A stretch of 33,971 bases of DNA from Acidimicrobiia bacterium (GTDB taxonomy: Bacteria; Actinomycetota; Acidimicrobiia; Spongiisociales; ZC4RG35), in the NCBI GenBank assembly GCA_041746755.1, contig JBGTGL010000017.1, positions 1-33,971 of the forward strand, given 5' to 3'. Below, one piece after another: positions 1 to 7,916 of this stretch. The position numbers were made by a program, and so were the translations under genes. The notes under the pieces were generated by a model that saw only the letters and a list, made by a program, of their open reading frames with translations, did not search any database and was not told the origin of the DNA. The first letter of the stretch is position 1. Each line of letters starts with the position of its first letter.

Positions 1-78
1 GCTGGGGCGCGGATATTGAGGGTAATCGGGTGGTGTTGCCCCGCAATGTCGCGTTGTCGTTGGGTGACCGTGTTTCGG
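1..78 (+). repeat. Dispersed intergenic repeat, copy 1 (right part; probably continues left of the window, may fade out near 125)
   Basis: Aligns to 7584-7662 at 64/79 by hand count, including exact GGGTGACCGTGTTTCGG (62-78 = 7646-7662). GGGTAATCGGGTGGTGTTG (20-38) is identical to 15211-15229. Confidence 0.85.
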
Positions 79-127
79 GTAGGGGAAAGCCGGGGCCTTG
101 TGATGCTCTGTGTGGGGTGTTTCCGCC

Positions 128-159
128 TTGACCTTCCAGTCGAGTGGAAGGTGTATAAA
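128..159 (+). promoter_or_regulatory. MerR-family metal-responsive promoter/operator for copB
   Basis: TTGACC (128-133), 20-bp spacer, TATAAA (154-159). Near-perfect 22-bp palindrome ACCTTCCAGTC/GAGTGGAAGGT (131-152) overlaps the -35 and spacer, as in CueR/ZntR-type promoters. Confidence 0.8.
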
Positions 160-238
160 TGGTTGTGCGACTTCACCGATGACCGATGAAGTCGTCCGAC
201 CGACACCAACCTGCACGAGGAAGCCAAGTGATGAGCCA

Positions 239-2311
239 ATGACTGATCATCAAAACCACCAGGCGAAGGGCCTGACCGGGACCGGTAGCCATGAGGGAGA
301 CGACAAGAGTTCTGGCTTAACCGGTCACTCCCCTCACGGCGGCCACGACAAGCACGCTGGTCACAGCGTGGCCATGTTTCGTGACCGATTCTGGCTCTCA
401 CTGGCACTGACTCTGCCGGTCGTCTTTTACAGCGAGATGATCCAGGAGTGGTTCGGTTACACCGCTCCGGCCTTTCCCGGCTCAGAATGGGTCGCCCCGG
501 TCCTGGGAACCGTCATCTTTTTCTATGGGGGGTCGCCGTTCCTAAAGGGTGCCGTTCAGGAAGCACGCGACCGTCAGCCAGGAATGATGCTGCTGATTGG
601 GATGGCCATCATCGTGGCCTTCGTCGCTTCGGCGGCCACCACTTTTGGTTGGTTCGACCTCGACTTCTGGTGGGAGCTGGGGGCCCTGATCACCATCATG
701 TTGCTTGGGCATTGGATGGAGATGCGGGCAATCGGCCAGGCCCGGGGAGCATTGGCCGCTCTCGCCGAGCTTTTGCCGGACGAAGCAGAGAGGGTCATCG
801 GCGACGGAACTGAAACGGTATCTCTCGCCGCTCTAGCGGTTGACGATGTCGTCCTGGTCCGTCCGGGTGGGCGCGTCCCCGCCGACGGGGAGATTGTCAG
901 CGGCGAGGTCGAAGTCGACGAGTCGATGGTCACCGGCGAGTCCAAACCGGTAGCGAAGAGTCCAGGCGACAAGGTCGTGGCCGGAACCGTCGCCACCGAC
1001 AACTCGATCAGGGTGCGGATCACTGCCGTAGGTGAGGACACTGCTCTTGCCGGCATCCAGCGTCTGGTAGCGCAAGCCGCAGAGTCTCAGTCCCGGGCCC
1101 AGGTGCTGGCCGACCGAGCAGCTGCCTTGTTGTTCTATGTTGCTGTGACTGCTGCGGTGGTCACATTCGTGGCATGGCTTATCGTTGACCAGCCAAATCA
1201 AGCTGTGGTGCGGACCGTCTCTGTGTTGGTCATTGCTTGCCCCCACGCCCTCGGTTTGGCTATTCCCCTGGTCATCGCGATTTCAACCTCGATGGCTGCC
1301 CGCGACGGGATTCTGGTCAAGGATCGTCTCGCTTTCGAGCGAATGCGCAACATAGATGTCGTCCTGTTCGACAAAACCGGGACCCTCACCAAGGGAAGCC
1401 ACAAAATTACCGGTGTCGTCTCCGTCGACTCCGACAACGACCGGCTCGTCGCCATCACCGCAGCAGTCGAATCTGACTCTGAACATCCGCTGGCCCGGGC
1501 AATTGTCACCGCCGCCAGAGAGCGGGGCACTATTCCTGTCGCCACTGGGTTCAAGGCGATGAGCGGCCGAGGAGTCCAAGCCGACGTCGATGGACAGACA
1601 GTGGCTGTCGGGGGCCCGGCGCTCCTATCGGAGCGCGGTGTTGAAGTCCCGAAGGCGGTAGGGGAAGCGGTGGACGCCTGGAAACAAAGAGGCGCCGCCG
1701 TGCTCTACGTTATCGAGGGCGACCAGGTCACTGGTGCTCTCTCCATGGAGGATGAGATTCGACCCGAATCCAAGAAAGCCGTCGACGAGCTTCATGGTCT
1801 TGGGGTGAAAGTAGCGATGATCACCGGGGACGCCCACCAGGTCGCCGAAGCCGTGGCGGCCGAGTTGGATATCGACTACGTCCTTTCTGAAGTCCTCCCC
1901 GAGGACAAGCATGCCAAGGTCGCCGAGTTACAGCGGCAGGGCCTCAAGGTGGCCATGGTTGGTGACGGCGTCAACGATGCTCCCGCCCTGGCGCAGGCCG
2001 ATGTTGGTATTGCCATCGGAGCCGGCACCGATGTCGCAATCGAATCCGCAGGGATCGTCCTCGCCTCCGACGACCCCCGGGGAGTCGTCGGAATCCGGAG
2101 ACTTTCTCAGGCGGGGTATCGCAAGATGATCCAGAACCTGGTCTGGGCAGCGGGATACAACGTTGCTGCGATCCCCCTCGCTGCGGGTGCCTTTGCCTGG
2201 GCAGGGATCGTCCTCGGACCCGCTCTGGCGGCGGTGCTGATGAGCGCATCAACTGTCATCGTGGCCATTAACGCTCAGCTCCTACGTCGGGTTGAGCTTC
2301 GTCCGTCATGA
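239..2311 (+). CDS. copB: P1B-3 (CopB-type) copper-exporting P-type ATPase
   Basis: His-rich N-terminus, TGES, IACPHALG (CPH motif), DKTGT, SEHPLA, GDGVND, YN and MSAST in the last helices. Start moved from 110 to ATG 239 because the promoter lies at 128-159. Confidence 0.92.
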   Translation: MTDHQNHQAKGLTGTGSHEGDDKSSGLTGHSPHGGHDKHAGHSVAMFRDRFWLSLALTLPVVFYSEMIQEWFGYTAPAFPGSEWVAPVLGTVIFFYGGSPFLKGAVQEARDRQPGMMLLIGMAIIVAFVASAATTFGWFDLDFWWELGALITIMLLGHWMEMRAIGQARGALAALAELLPDEAERVIGDGTETVSLAALAVDDVVLVRPGGRVPADGEIVSGEVEVDESMVTGESKPVAKSPGDKVVAGTVATDNSIRVRITAVGEDTALAGIQRLVAQAAESQSRAQVLADRAAALLFYVAVTAAVVTFVAWLIVDQPNQAVVRTVSVLVIACPHALGLAIPLVIAISTSMAARDGILVKDRLAFERMRNIDVVLFDKTGTLTKGSHKITGVVSVDSDNDRLVAITAAVESDSEHPLARAIVTAARERGTIPVATGFKAMSGRGVQADVDGQTVAVGGPALLSERGVEVPKAVGEAVDAWKQRGAAVLYVIEGDQVTGALSMEDEIRPESKKAVDELHGLGVKVAMITGDAHQVAEAVAAELDIDYVLSEVLPEDKHAKVAELQRQGLKVAMVGDGVNDAPALAQADVGIAIGAGTDVAIESAGIVLASDDPRGVVGIRRLSQAGYRKMIQNLVWAAGYNVAAIPLAAGAFAWAGIVLGPALAAVLMSASTVIVAINAQLLRRVELRPS

Positions 2312-2688
2312 GGAGAACGGCCAGCGTCCTCTTGGCGGTCGCATTAGTGCTGGGCGGATGTGTGGTCGGTTCCGACGAGATCGAGTTACAGGATCCGGCT
2401 CTGGTCGAAGAGGGTGCCGGTCTTTACGCTGCCAATTGCGCCGCATGCCACGGTGACGACCTGCGGGGAACCGACAAAGGTCCATCGCATCTCTCTGTGC
2501 TGTACAAGCCGAGCCACCATGCCGACGGAGCCTTCCTACTTGCTGTCCAGAACGGCTCACGCTCCCATCACTGGTCCTTCGGTGATATGCCCCCAATCGA
2601 CGGCCTCACCCCAGAAAACGTCGAAGCGATCGTCGCCTTCGTCAGAGAGAAACAGCGGACGGAAGGCTTCGAGTCCTACCCGCCCTGA
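2308..2688 (+). CDS. Monoheme cytochrome c, probable lipoprotein, with two His-His motifs
   Basis: Signal peptide with LGGC lipobox, CAACH heme motif, distal GDMP Met, PSHH and SHHW motifs. ATGA overlap with the copB stop. Confidence 0.85.
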   Translation: MRRTASVLLAVALVLGGCVVGSDEIELQDPALVEEGAGLYAANCAACHGDDLRGTDKGPSHLSVLYKPSHHADGAFLLAVQNGSRSHHWSFGDMPPIDGLTPENVEAIVAFVREKQRTEGFESYPP

Positions 2689-2709
2689 AATTGGCGGGCC
2701 ACTTCGAAG

Positions 2710-2759
2710 CCGAACACGGACACCCCTGCATGACCATCCAGACCCACCCGCTAATACCC
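2710..2759 (-). repeat. Dispersed intergenic repeat, copy 2 (inverted, highly degenerate)
   Basis: CCGAACACGGACACCC (2710-2725) matches the reverse complement CCGAAACACGGTCACCC with 1 gap and 1 mismatch. It is followed by CCACCCGCTAATACCC, versus CCACCCGATTACCC in the reverse complement of copy 1. Confidence 0.5.
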
Positions 2760-2761
2760 GT

Positions 2762-3778
2762 TTAGTGGGTGTGGTGAGCGGTGGTGTCGTGTCGGTTGGG
2801 CTGGTCGTGGGGTTCGATGTGGATTGTGACGACGACGGGTGTGCTGAACCGGTGGTGGAGTGCGTGTTCAATGTTGTTGGCTATGTCGTGGCCCTGTCTG
2901 ACGGTCAGGTTCGGGTCGACGGACACGGAAGCTGCGATCCGCAGTTGGTGTCCGTTCCATCGCATCCTTAGGTCATCGACAGTTTTGACTCCTTCAACGT
3001 CGTGAATGGTGTCGGAGGCGATGTCGACCACTTCTGGTTCGATGCCGTCGAGTAGTCGTCGGAAGACTCGACGTCCTGATCTTGCGAGAAGCCACATGAT
3101 CGGCACCGCCACTGCGAGACCAGCGACAGGGTCAACCCAGGCCAAGCCAAACGACGCGCCGACTCCAGCCAGGACCACGGCGAGGGAGGTGAGAGCATCG
3201 GTGCGGGCATGGCCGCCGTCCGTGATCAATGCTTCTGATCTGATCGATTTGCCGACTCTGATCCGGTAGCGGGCAACAATCTCGTTTCCCAGAGCTCCAA
3301 TGAGACCGGCGGCGATTACCCACGGAATCTGACTCATCAGCCGAGGTTCGGCCAGTCGCTGAACCGACTCCCAGATGACGAGGACGGCGGACGCTCCGAT
3401 GGCCAGAACGATGAGCAATCCAGCCCAATCCTCGGCCCTGTTGAACCCGTAGGTGTAACGGCGGCTCGCTGGACGTCGACCCAGCGAGAAGGCGATCCAT
3501 AGAGGAATCGCGGTCAGGGCGTCGGTGACGTTGTGCAACGTGTCGGACAGCAACGCCACCGAGCCGCTTAAAACGAAGATGATGGCTTGAAGCGCGGCGG
3601 TGATGCCAAGGGCAACCAACGACACTTTGGTGGCGCGGATGCCGACTGCACCGGTATCGAGAATGTCGGAGTCTGGTGCGTGATCGTGGTCGAGCATATG
3701 TCCAAGCCGGTTTCCGAATTTGGTAAAACGAGACTCCACGCCACTGGCATCGTGGTTGTGGTCGTGGTCATGGCTCAC
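2762..3778 (-). CDS. Cation diffusion facilitator (CDF) metal efflux transporter
   Basis: His-rich N-terminus (SHDHDHNHD), SGSVALLSDTLHNVTD, TYGFNRAE, HARTD, C-terminal dimerization domain ending IHIEP. GTG 3778 lies 6 nt after a TATCGT -10 (3785-3790). Confidence 0.92.
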   Translation of the reverse strand: MSHDHDHNHDASGVESRFTKFGNRLGHMLDHDHAPDSDILDTGAVGIRATKVSLVALGITAALQAIIFVLSGSVALLSDTLHNVTDALTAIPLWIAFSLGRRPASRRYTYGFNRAEDWAGLLIVLAIGASAVLVIWESVQRLAEPRLMSQIPWVIAAGLIGALGNEIVARYRIRVGKSIRSEALITDGGHARTDALTSLAVVLAGVGASFGLAWVDPVAGLAVAVPIMWLLARSGRRVFRRLLDGIEPEVVDIASDTIHDVEGVKTVDDLRMRWNGHQLRIAASVSVDPNLTVRQGHDIANNIEHALHHRFSTPVVVTIHIEPHDQPNRHDTTAHHTH

Positions 3779-3821
3779 AAGTCCACGATATGACGCTGTC
3801 AAACCCAAGGCGAGTCGCCAA

Positions 3822-3984
3822 CCGATCGCAGTAAGGAGCGGCATCCCGGCAGGGGTGAGTGGGTCGTTGGCCTGGGTCGGTGTTGCGATCAAATCAAGAC
3901 AGCCGCCCGTACCAGTCCGCCTAGAAAAACCCAGCGATCTTGAACGAAACAGTTCACACGCGTTCCGAATTTTCAACGTTCGCG
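3822..3984 (+). repeat. Dispersed intergenic repeat, copy 3 (left part)
   Basis: 3917-3984 aligns to 7483-7553 at 54/71 (CCGCCTAGAA...CACACGC.TTCC...GTTCGCG). Weaker co-linear similarity extends back to CCGATCGC at 3822 and 7383. Confidence 0.7.
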
Positions 3985-4026
3985 CGGGTTTCCAGCCAGC
4001 CCATGAGGGCACGAGGGCGTGATGGG

Positions 4027-4818
4027 TTATTGGCGGCCTTTGGCGAGCCGCGTCCGATCACCAGGAGAGTCGGCAGGGAGGATCATGAGTGCTCGACCTT
4101 GTCGATCGCCAACCATTCGTAGATTGAGCTCAAAAATGTCACTGAGCAATTCCTCGCTCAAGACATCGTCCGGGTGGCCCGCGGAGCGAACCGTTCCGCC
4201 TTTCATGACTACTACATGGTCGGCAAAGCGGACGGCGGCGCTGAGGTCGTGCAGGACAGCGACCACAGTTGACCCATTGGCTGCGGAATCACGCAGCGTG
4301 CCAAGCACTAGTTCTGTGTGGGCGATGTCGAGACCATTGGTGGGTTCGTCGAGAATCATTAGTGGCGCGACTTGGGCCAGGATTCGGGCCATTTGAGTCC
4401 GACGGGCCTCGCCCGTCGAAAGCGAAGAGACCAACCGGTGCGCCAGAGTCCCAAGGTCCATACTGGCGATTGCACGATCAACGAGGGATTCGTTCGGCTT
4501 TACCCATGGATGTTGGCCCATCCGTACAACGTCACGGACTGTGAAGGGTACGTCCGAAGGCAAATTGGTTGACATGTAGGAACGCTTCTCGGCGAGTTGG
4601 GCGAATGACATTGCGTGTGTAGATCGACCGTCGATAGTTATCTCACCGTTCGTCGCGGTTTCGAGGCCGGCAATGACGCGGAGTAGCGTCGTTTTGCCGG
4701 CTCCGTTAGGCCCGAGGATTGTCGTAACTTGGCTTTCCGGAATCTCGAGGTTGATCCGGTCCAGGAGTGTTGCGGTTCCCGACATGAGCGAAACATCGCG
4801 GACTTCGACGGCGATCAT
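4027..4818 (-). CDS. Heme/siderophore/cobalamin-type ABC transporter ATP-binding protein (HmuV-like)
   Basis: Walker A GPNGAGKT, LSTGE signature variant, ILDEPT, VLHDL switch. Confidence 0.88.
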   Translation of the reverse strand: MIAVEVRDVSLMSGTATLLDRINLEIPESQVTTILGPNGAGKTTLLRVIAGLETATNGEITIDGRSTHAMSFAQLAEKRSYMSTNLPSDVPFTVRDVVRMGQHPWVKPNESLVDRAIASMDLGTLAHRLVSSLSTGEARRTQMARILAQVAPLMILDEPTNGLDIAHTELVLGTLRDSAANGSTVVAVLHDLSAAVRFADHVVVMKGGTVRSAGHPDDVLSEELLSDIFELNLRMVGDRQGRALMILPADSPGDRTRLAKGRQ

Positions 4819-5804
4819 AGAACCCTCTTCTTCAGGAGCATTACGACCAGGAGAGGTCCGCCAATCGCCGCGGTGACAACTCCCAGGGGGACCTCTACAT
4901 TTCCTCCGATGCCCCGGATGAGGATATCGGAACCGAGCACGAAAACCGCCCCCACGACCGCAGATGCATGAAGGAGGTGCCGATGGAACGGACCGACGAA
5001 GCGTCTCGCTATGAGGGGTGCCAACAGCCCGACAAATCCAACAACTCCGGCGACCGCTACCGACGCTCCGGTGGCAACCCCTGTGGCGGTGAGGACGAAC
5101 ACCGATACCCGATTCACGTCTACACCAAGACTTATCGCCTCGTCATGGCCAATCGCAAGGAGGTCGAGTGAGCGCGAGAGACGGCCAATCACGATCGTCG
5201 TGATCGCCACCAAGGGGAGAGCCAACCAAACAACCGGCCACGTGACCGTCCCGAGACTTCCAAACACGAAGTAGACAAATGTGGGCAAACGCGGGCTTTG
5301 TAAGGCATAGGTGAGCATGAGGGTCCACGCAAGGAATACGAAATTGAGCGCGACTCCAAGAAGGATCATGCCTTGCCCGATGTCAGCGATTGCCGCCATG
5401 CGCCGGGTGGCGAGTGCAAGGAGGCTACCTGCAAGAGCCGCAAGGACCAGTGGATACACCGGAGCTCCACCCACTGAACCGAACAGTGCTCCGATCAGGA
5501 ATCCGAGTCCGCCTGCGGAGGAAATGCCAAGTAGATATGGCTCTGCGAGGCGAGTTGTGTACACCGCTTGTAGCCCGACCGCGGCCACCCCCAGCGCTAC
5601 TCCGATGAGCACGCCGCCGATCACGCGGGGAAGGCGAATGTTTAGAACGATACCGTCGGTGAGGCGAGCGCCTCCGTCGAGTCCGATACCACTCAGTAGA
5701 CCATTCCAAACTTCGCTGACTGAGAGATTGGCCACCCCGACGAACAAGCTCACAACAACAATAGAGACGAAAACCGCGTAGAGGCCGATCCAGCGGGCAA
5801 CCAC
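4815..5804 (-). CDS. FecCD/BtuC-family ABC permease (HmuU-like)
   Basis: IRLPRV, LAEPYLLGISS, G..EA.SLGV, GFVGLLAP and EVPLGVVTAAIGGP motifs; highly hydrophobic. Confidence 0.9.
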   Translation of the reverse strand: MVARWIGLYAVFVSIVVVSLFVGVANLSVSEVWNGLLSGIGLDGGARLTDGIVLNIRLPRVIGGVLIGVALGVAAVGLQAVYTTRLAEPYLLGISSAGGLGFLIGALFGSVGGAPVYPLVLAALAGSLLALATRRMAAIADIGQGMILLGVALNFVFLAWTLMLTYALQSPRLPTFVYFVFGSLGTVTWPVVWLALPLVAITTIVIGRLSRSLDLLAIGHDEAISLGVDVNRVSVFVLTATGVATGASVAVAGVVGFVGLLAPLIARRFVGPFHRHLLHASAVVGAVFVLGSDILIRGIGGNVEVPLGVVTAAIGGPLLVVMLLKKRVL

Positions 5805-6706
5805 TATTTGAAGTTCTGCAGGCCGGCAATCAGCAGGGTTAGCGATTCAGCTACCCGCGGGCCAAAGGTGAGGAAATCGCCCTCGGGGTAGACGAGAATC
5901 GCTTTGTTGCGCCCAGCCGGGGTTTCCGCGACGCCCGGTATCTTGAGAAAGGCGGAGACTCCGCCCAAGACATCCAACCCCTCTTCGGGCACGATGATGA
6001 CGTCGGGGGCGGCTGCCACCAGGGCCTCGGCGGACACCTGAACCGTCCCGGTGACCCCGGCAGCTGCCCCGGCGTCGATCGCGCCGGCGGCTTCGATCAT
6101 GGGTTGAGTCGACATCCCCTGGCAGAAAAGTAAGACCACATCCGGACCCCTGGTATAGACAAACGCAACCCTCAAACCTGTGTCGGTCGCTTGGGTCTTG
6201 GCTGCTTCGACTTCCGAGGCAATCCTGGCGATGAGTGCCCTTGCTTCGTTCGGTTTGCTTAGTACTGACCCCAGTTTTTCAATCTTGTCGTACATAGCCT
6301 CGAAGGTGGTGGGCACATCCAACACCTCGACAGCCACGCCGGCGCCTCGCATCTGGTCTAAGGATTCGGCTGGTGATGTTTGGGTATCGGCGAGGACCAG
6401 AGTTGGGTCGACTCCTAGGACCCCTTCGGCGGTTATGAAACGACCAACGCCAACAACCGGGAGCTCCAGAGCCTCCCCGGGAAACACAGTGGTGACATCG
6501 ACACCCACGATGCGATCTCCCGCCCCCAGTTCGTAGACAAATTCGGTCAGGTCTCCCGAGAGGGTGACAATGCGCGACGTGTCAGCATTGGCGGGATCCT
6601 CATTGGTGCCTGCGCAAGCGGGCACCACTGTGAGGAGGAGAGTGGTGGCGGCGCAACGCCTTAGCCAGTTGGACAGGCAGACCTCGCTGACGCCATGACG
6701 CTGCAA
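5804..6706 (-). CDS. Class III substrate-binding lipoprotein (HmuT-like); start uncertain
   Basis: VPAC lipobox, RIVTLSGDLTEFVYELG, IVGVD, AEGVL, AEALVAAAPDVI, TPAGRN, FGPR. The 5' end overlaps the upstream lipoprotein gene. Confidence 0.85.
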   Translation of the reverse strand: MQRHGVSEVCLSNWLRRCAATTLLLTVVPACAGTNEDPANADTSRIVTLSGDLTEFVYELGAGDRIVGVDVTTVFPGEALELPVVGVGRFITAEGVLGVDPTLVLADTQTSPAESLDQMRGAGVAVEVLDVPTTFEAMYDKIEKLGSVLSKPNEARALIARIASEVEAAKTQATDTGLRVAFVYTRGPDVVLLFCQGMSTQPMIEAAGAIDAGAAAGVTGTVQVSAEALVAAAPDVIIVPEEGLDVLGGVSAFLKIPGVAETPAGRNKAILVYPEGDFLTFGPRVAESLTLLIAGLQNFK

Positions 6707-7173
6707 AACATCTCACGCGTGACCTGCCAACCATCATCGGTCAGTACGGCCGTGCCGTCCAGATCGGGGTAGGTGGGGTTACCGCTGAAAAAGAGGGTGT
6801 ATACGACATCGGCCATTGCTCCGTTGACTGCCACAGCGGTGGGCTCGGCGGTCACGCCACCGACCGAGGCACCGGTGGCTTCATAGGCGGCCACCGTATC
6901 TTCAAGACCCGCAGGGTCGTCGATCAGAGCCGACTTTTCTTCAAACGAGGTGGTCGAGTCAAATACCACGCTATACACGGCAACGATTGCGTCCACTTCG
7001 GCATTCTCACCGGGGACAATGCCAGAAGTCTCGGTAGAGGTTGTGGTCGATTCTGCTGTTGTTGTGGTTGGCTCGGACTGGGTGGTGGTCGATCCACCGT
7101 CGCCCGTGCCGCAGGCGGCAACAAGGAGCGAGATGCACGCCAACACGGCCAATGTTTTGTTTGAGTTGAACAT
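6661..7173 (-). CDS. Lipoprotein with Thr/Ser-rich linker and a C-terminal domain with two Cys (possibly MTB12-like)
   Basis: VAAC lipobox after a hydrophobic signal, TTTQSEPTTTTAESTTTST linker, C-terminal GWQVTREMFC...C. Start ATG 7173 (7182 also possible). The MTB12-like call is recalled similarity only. Confidence 0.75.
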   Translation of the reverse strand: MFNSNKTLAVLACISLLVAACGTGDGGSTTTQSEPTTTTAESTTTSTETSGIVPGENAEVDAIVAVYSVVFDSTTSFEEKSALIDDPAGLEDTVAAYEATGASVGGVTAEPTAVAVNGAMADVVYTLFFSGNPTYPDLDGTAVLTDDGWQVTREMFCSVMASARSACPTG

Positions 7174-7382
7174 ATCTGGCATCTTGGACTCACGTGACGC
7201 CGACAGCCAGTCGAATCGATTTCGACGGCTTGTCGACTCGCAAAGGCACCATCGCATTCAGGAGGCCATTGAAGGTATTGATAGTGGAAATGCATCCTTG
7301 AGTAAAAGACCCGAGACCAGGGTGTGATCAAGGCGTCTCCGATGACCCACCACAAGCGAACTTGAGAACCTAGCCGACCGGG

Positions 7383-7713
7383 CCGATCGCCGCTCTCTCG
7401 GCCAAGCCGGCTGGTTTCTGTCTTTAATGCTGATGGGATAGTCGCGTTTATCCTCAAGCAAGCGTCACGTCTGGAACCCTGGCCGCCTAGAAGAAACGAC
7501 AGCCAATTTGCTCGAAGTAGTGCACACGCATTCCCAAATTTCCAGAGTTCGCGTTCACGGTTGGAAACTCCGTTTCTTCGGGCGTTGGGACGCGGATGTT
7601 GAGAGTAACCGGGTCGAGTTGGCCTGCAATGTTGCATCGTCGGGCGGGTGACCGTGTTTCGGACCGACCTTCGTCCGTATCGCCGGCACCGGGTTTCCCG
7701 GTGGATGTTTCTG
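7383..7713 (+). repeat. Dispersed intergenic repeat, copy 4 (longest; contains both left and right parts)
   Basis: 7483-7553 matches 3917-3984, 7559-7623 matches 15163-15231, and 7584-7662 matches 1-78. Outer limits are approximate. Confidence 0.8.
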
Positions 7714-7762
7714 TATTCATCTGTCGAATCCGTGCTTAAGTTCTGCCTGATTACTATCAGCC

Positions 7763-7791
7763 AAAGTAAAACCCGCACCGGGTGGTGCGGG
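7763..7791 (-). terminator. Intrinsic terminator downstream of hisD
   Basis: Minus strand CCCGCACC-ACCC-GGTGCGGG followed by TTTTACTTT. Confidence 0.75.
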
Positions 7792-7916
7792 ATCCAAGTG
7801 GCTGAACCTTCGAAATGGTTAGTTCACAGCGAATCCCTGCCACATTTTGAATGTGGTCGTAGCGGTCCGGGTACACATCGCGTTTCTCAAGATCACACGT
7901 CGTACCCGTGCTGTTA

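Noticed and set aside
110-238. N-terminal extensions in the ORF track (copB, CDF, hisB, hisF, GTPase, NYN and others)
   Set aside because: They run through promoters, repeats or upstream genes; downstream starts fit family N-termini and promoter spacing.
7276-7297. Possible Fur/Zur-type box TATTGATAGTGGAAATGCAT
   Set aside because: Only one half-site resembles the consensus and it is not palindromic.
7620-7705. Possible cobalamin riboswitch (minus strand GGGAAACCCGGTG) upstream of the ABC importer
   Set aside because: No following AATCC, no CCCGCnACTGT and no B12 box; the segment overlaps the dispersed repeat.
7487-7720. 77-aa ORF (MNTETSTGKP...) in the gap between the ABC operon and hisD
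   Set aside because: It lies almost entirely within the dispersed repeat; other copies have frame-breaking indels and no third-position bias, so it is probably not a gene.
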